DNA from: Podarcis tiliguerta
Taxonomy: Eukaryota
Length of the DNA: 64,000 nucleotides
NCBI GenBank assembly: GCA_965153285.1
Contig: OZ229118.1
Strand: one strand, 5' to 3'
Positions 59,811 through 64,000 of the stretch are shown here, piece by piece. The translations under genes were made by a program, and so were the position numbers. The stretch's first letter is position 1; each line of letters starts with the position of its first letter. Below the pieces are notes generated by a model. That model was not told the DNA's origin, did no database searches, and was given only the letters and a program-made list of their open reading frames with translations.

Positions 59811-60056
59811 CAGAGACATATATAGGGGTTGGCAAAACTGGCCCCATGGGGGCCCCATGCCCAGGGTGGGACACTAATATCACCTATCAGACTATGGAGT
59901 GTATGGTTTGTATGTGTATGGTGACATGTCTCCACTATTGTGGTGAGATCAGGCACAGGAGAAAGGTGTGTAGCAAAGTGATTTTTTGGGGACGGGGTTG
60001 AGGAGTGCCAATAAAGCTCCTTGCCAATGGTGCAATGGATCCTTGGTATGCCTCTG
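59811..60056. mobile_element. hAT-type MITE
   Basis: TIRs CAGAGACATA and TATGCCTCTG. Flanks gatatagg / agtatagg (6 of 8 match). Confidence 0.6.
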
Positions 60057-62164
60057 AGTATAGGGCATGGATCACATGATCAAGTAGTTTGTCTGCTAGC
60101 TATTACTGGTAACTTGCCAGATGGGAAAACCATTAGGGAGTTAATAGGCATCAAGAGCCCACTCCAGCACAGGCCCTTTAGGTAGGCTGCACCTGCCAGC
60201 ATGGATGGGTAAGAAGTGCCCAGGCTTTTATGGTTATATAGGAGGACCTCCATAACAGTCATGGCTTTCCCCAGAGAATCCTGGGGACTCTAGTGTCCTT
60301 GAACTCTTATCATGCTTCTTGTCTGGCTGGATGGGGGATAGAAAGGGTTGTAGTGTGTGTGTGCATGTGTGTGTGTGTTTAAATCAGTCTACTGTACAAA
60401 TATATAATTTATCTTCATTTTTCCACCCATGTGTGCCTTGGGCTGAGAATGGATCCCTATTCTTGTTATAGTATGATAATTCAACTACTCAAGTATGGCA
60501 CGAGGTGTCCAGGAAACTTGGTCATACTGTATGAAGATAAAGTGCCCCACTACTAAAGTTCTGGGATCAATCTATTTCATCTATGTAATATTTCACCTAG
60601 TAAGCTAATTTCCCCCCTTCTAACACCTTATCTCCTCCCATTCACGCTTTACTGTAAAATATCTAATACAATTTGTTTCTGGCATAACCAAACCCAGTGC
60701 AATGTCTGTATATATCACATTCACAATGTGGTAAAGTGTAAAATCAATGTTCTTGTTTTGTTTGGATGTCCATTGCTCAAACTTCCAAGCATAATATTAC
60801 ACTAATATGAATACGGTAATATTATTTCAGGCTCCTGACAAAAAATATTAGAGTTATGAGAGTTAGAAGCTTTAAAACTGACAACTCTCCCCACCCCAAG
60901 CCCCCTGGCAACTAAAATGGTCAGGATTCTAATTCAAATTCATGGGGTTCAATAAGTTGCCTTGGAGAGAGGAACACATCCTGCCCATGTTGTCTAATGA
61001 TGACAGATATTCCCGTGATGTGCTAGCATTCAGAATGATACACTTTCGGTGAAGGAGTTCTTAGTGCATTGGACAGGTAACCTTCCCTCAGCAAACTGAT
61101 ACAAATGGTCTACTAAAGATGTTGATTTTTTTCCTGAAAGGAAACTCATTGTGGGGGGAGAGAAGTAAATTCTTGATTGCTTTTTAGATTTGTGGTTTCA
61201 TTTTTTTAAAGGGGGGAAGAAATGAAATGATTGGGTGAAAATATGTACATAGTTCAAATAAGTTAGCACTGATGTTATCTTTTAAAGCTTTTATCTTTTT
61301 GTGCCTGCAGTTATATTTAATGTTTTTCTTTTCGAGCCAGTTTCCTAACTGTCCTGTTGAAGACCAATATATTCACTGTGATATCATGAAGGCTGTGCAA
61401 CGTTTCACAGTATCTCACAGACCTCATCAGTTGTCCAAGTGTGCTATGTCCTGCTATCTGCTAAGGGGTCAGGAAGAAAGAGAAAGGAAATGTCACCCTT
61501 TTATTGCCTGTCAGGATTGGTTGTGATCATTTAATTCTAGGTCAACATGGGCCCTTGTTGTGATAGCTTCAGCCTTCCGAAAAATGCCATGGATTTTCTT
61601 CTTAACATTTTCATTACATTTAAGGTTAGAAAAATCACTGGACAGAAGAGTAACTAGCTGATTTCAGGATCAGTACCATTCTGTATACTAACAACAAATT
61701 TGTTCTACACATAACTATCCTTCTGTGGTCTAAACAACATCATTCACACCCAAGAGGGGTGTATCAACAAATCTGAGAGACAAGGTTTTCAGGGGTACAA
61801 AAGTATTTATGGGGGGAAACGCCTAAATATTTGTGGGAGACACACACCTCAAAACAGCCCCATGATGACTGAGCACACTTAGTGGGCATGGCATGCTGTC
61901 TTGACTGCTGAGAGGCAGGAATGGAAAACCAGAGGAGAGCAGTAATAGAAAGGGATATCCTGAAATAAGGTTTGGCTGGTAACCTGAACAGGAGTGGTGT
62001 AGGTCCCACTTGGGAAACAGAATATTGACCCCTCACCTGATCTAAAAAAAAAATCTGGAAGGAAGAGTATTTGCAGGAGGGGACAGATGTAGGGCATGAA
62101 ATTGCTTCTAACTTTACCCTGGGTCGAAAGGAGTAAATGTAGGACAATTAAGGCTGTTCACCAG

Positions 62165-62542
62165 CCTCCCCCGCCAGTCTTAATTCGGTCCCTGAGATCA
62201 TCTTCTGAGGCCCTACTTCATGTGCCTCCTCCTCGAGAGGTCCAAAGGGTGGCAACATGAGAATGGGCCTTCTCTGCAATGGCTCCCTGTCTATGGAATG
62301 CTCTCCCCAGAGAAGTTCGCCTTACACCTTCATTATACACCTTTAGGCACCAGGCAAAAGGATTCCTTTTTAACCAGGCCTTTGGTTGATCTTATTGACA
62401 TCCAACACCCTTTTAGAATGTGGCTTTTTGGAGGGAGGGAAGTTATTGGGTTACTGCTTTTGGTTTGATTTTATATGTTGTGGTCTTGTTGTGAACCTCC
62501 CTGAGACCTCCAGGTATAGGGCGGTGTATAAGTTGAAATAGC

Positions 62543-62583
<41 letters not shown>
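62165..62583 (+). mobile_element. L2-clade LINE 3' fragment with (CAA)n tail
   Basis: gggccttctctgcaatggctccctgtctatggaatgctctcccc...ccaggcctttgg...ccctgagacctccaggtatagggcggtgtata, then (CAA)n. Confidence 0.8.
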
Positions 62584-62584
<1 letters not shown>

Positions 62585-64000
62585 ATGGTACCCAGCTCGC
62601 TCTCTTAGTATGCAGTGTGAGATTACATACCCACCAACTGTCCCATTTTAAGCGGGCAGGCCCAAGGTCTTAATGTTGTAGTTTAATAACGTGACCCCAG
62701 TTTTGTTCTATACCTTGTGTCTGACACAGTTATAAATGTCTTATATAAACTGGGTGCTGTCTTGGTTTCAGCTGTGGGTTTAGGGATTATTTATTTTCAA
62801 ACTTGATTCCGCTCCTTGCAAGATGATAGAAAAGGATTGTTATCGATCTGTTTATGAAATCTGGGTGTCACCAGCAATTAACTTTGGTTTGAAAAGCAAG
62901 ACTGCTTCTTTTCTAGCAATCTAAATGCCTAGGGTGTGGAGGTGGGTGGGTGCTGAATTAAATAACTATCTCCTCTCTGGAAACCATTTGTATGAGTAAA
63001 CAAAGCAAACTCCCTTCACTTTCTTGCCAACCAGCCTCTGGCCAGGAATGTGTTCTACCATAGTCACAGCAAGGTGCTTGGCTATTTTTTTAAAAAATGT
63101 GTAGCGTTATGTGTGTTTTGCATAAATTCACTGGCGCCATACCTACCTAACACTGCAGCAAACGGGTGTAGTACAAACACATCAGAAGATCCATTGCATT
63201 TTGAGTGGGCATAGTTAGCCTGGCACAATTGGTTCTTCATCTCACCATTATATGGGGGCTGTCAAAGAGGCAGGCCTTCCCAGCTTCCCTAAGCTTCTAG
63301 GCTGGCAGTGGGTAATATTATTGCAGAACCTTGCTTAGAGATATTATAGCTGTGCCACTTCCAAAGGATCCCAGCATTAATTACACTGTTTAGCTGCCGG
63401 CTTATCCATTGGCACATAGCCCAGACCCCGAGACCCCTGGTGCCAGGTGTGAATAATTTAGCAATCACACCTCATGCTGCATGACTTGGGAAAGACTAAG
63501 GATATAAACCTTAAAATTTGGCCTAAAGGGGGAGCTTTGACACAGACCTGAAGGCTGGCATAGGTGTTGCGTAACCTATCGGACAGCTAGGAGCCTCAAC
63601 TCCACTGCTGTATCTCTGAAGCTCCCAGCAGCTGAACAGAGGTGTACTCATTTGCTTGCTGGGTATGCCGTTAGTCTTTTGAATAATTTGCCTGCTGTTT
63701 AATACATCTTAGACTTCCTCACCACCTGCATTTTGTATTTGCTTCTGAGTCTCTGAAGAAGAACTCCCCGGCCTTTGGCAAGACAACAGGCTACTCATAC
63801 TGTGGGAATAATCTGAAAGTCCTGCCCTGTAGTGAAATTCAACATGATTAACTCTGTACGCTTTCATGCATGTAAAAAACCCGTCCCCTGCATGGCTATC
63901 ATCAGGCTCAAACTTGTGCAGAAATCAGCAAATAGGAAGGTACACAACTACAGTTGGCAGTGATTTCTACAGTAGTGACAACAATTTTAATGACCTCTGC

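Noticed and set aside
60990-61105. C/D-box snoRNA candidate (ATGATGA...CTGA)
   Set aside because: The terminal stem is only 4 bp, there is no clear D' box, and I recognised no rRNA or snRNA guide. A snoscan or Infernal search would settle it.
61402-61430. Hammerhead-like CTGATGA...GAAAC on the minus strand
   Set aside because: Stem II does not pair properly and no stem I/III with an NUH cleavage site is evident.
1-64000. CRISPR arrays, operons, rRNA, or a prokaryote-type novel system
   Set aside because: The sequence is vertebrate non-coding DNA. There are no regularly spaced repeat-spacer units, rRNA segments or gene-dense blocks.

Overview
This is eukaryotic, AT-rich, CpG-depleted, essentially non-coding DNA. 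The repeat content (Sauria SINEs with (ACCTTT)n tails, Squam3-type SINEs, squamate-type L2/CR1/RTE/L1 LINEs, small hAT and Tc1-mariner MITEs) points to a squamate reptile, most likely a lacertid lizard. It reads as a large intron or intergenic region. No host protein-coding gene could be identified with confidence. The only long ORF (33901-35130) is the intact C-terminal part of a 5'-truncated, apparently young LINE-1 ORF2 with a poly(A) tail and a 15-bp TSD. I found no novel multi-gene system. The most interesting structure is in the mobile-element architecture. (1) A MITE family makes 6-bp TSDs; one copy is a composite that appears to have moved an L2 fragment, and another holds a datable three-layer nest (MITE > L2 > Sauria SINE). 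(2) Every clear Sauria SINE TSD begins with TA, continuing the SINE tail. (3) An unexplained exact 20-bp direct repeat sits at a SINE junction. There are also several splice-bounded exon candidates and motif-dense putative enhancer or promoter segments, all unverified. All family assignments are from recognition of the sequence, not database searches.
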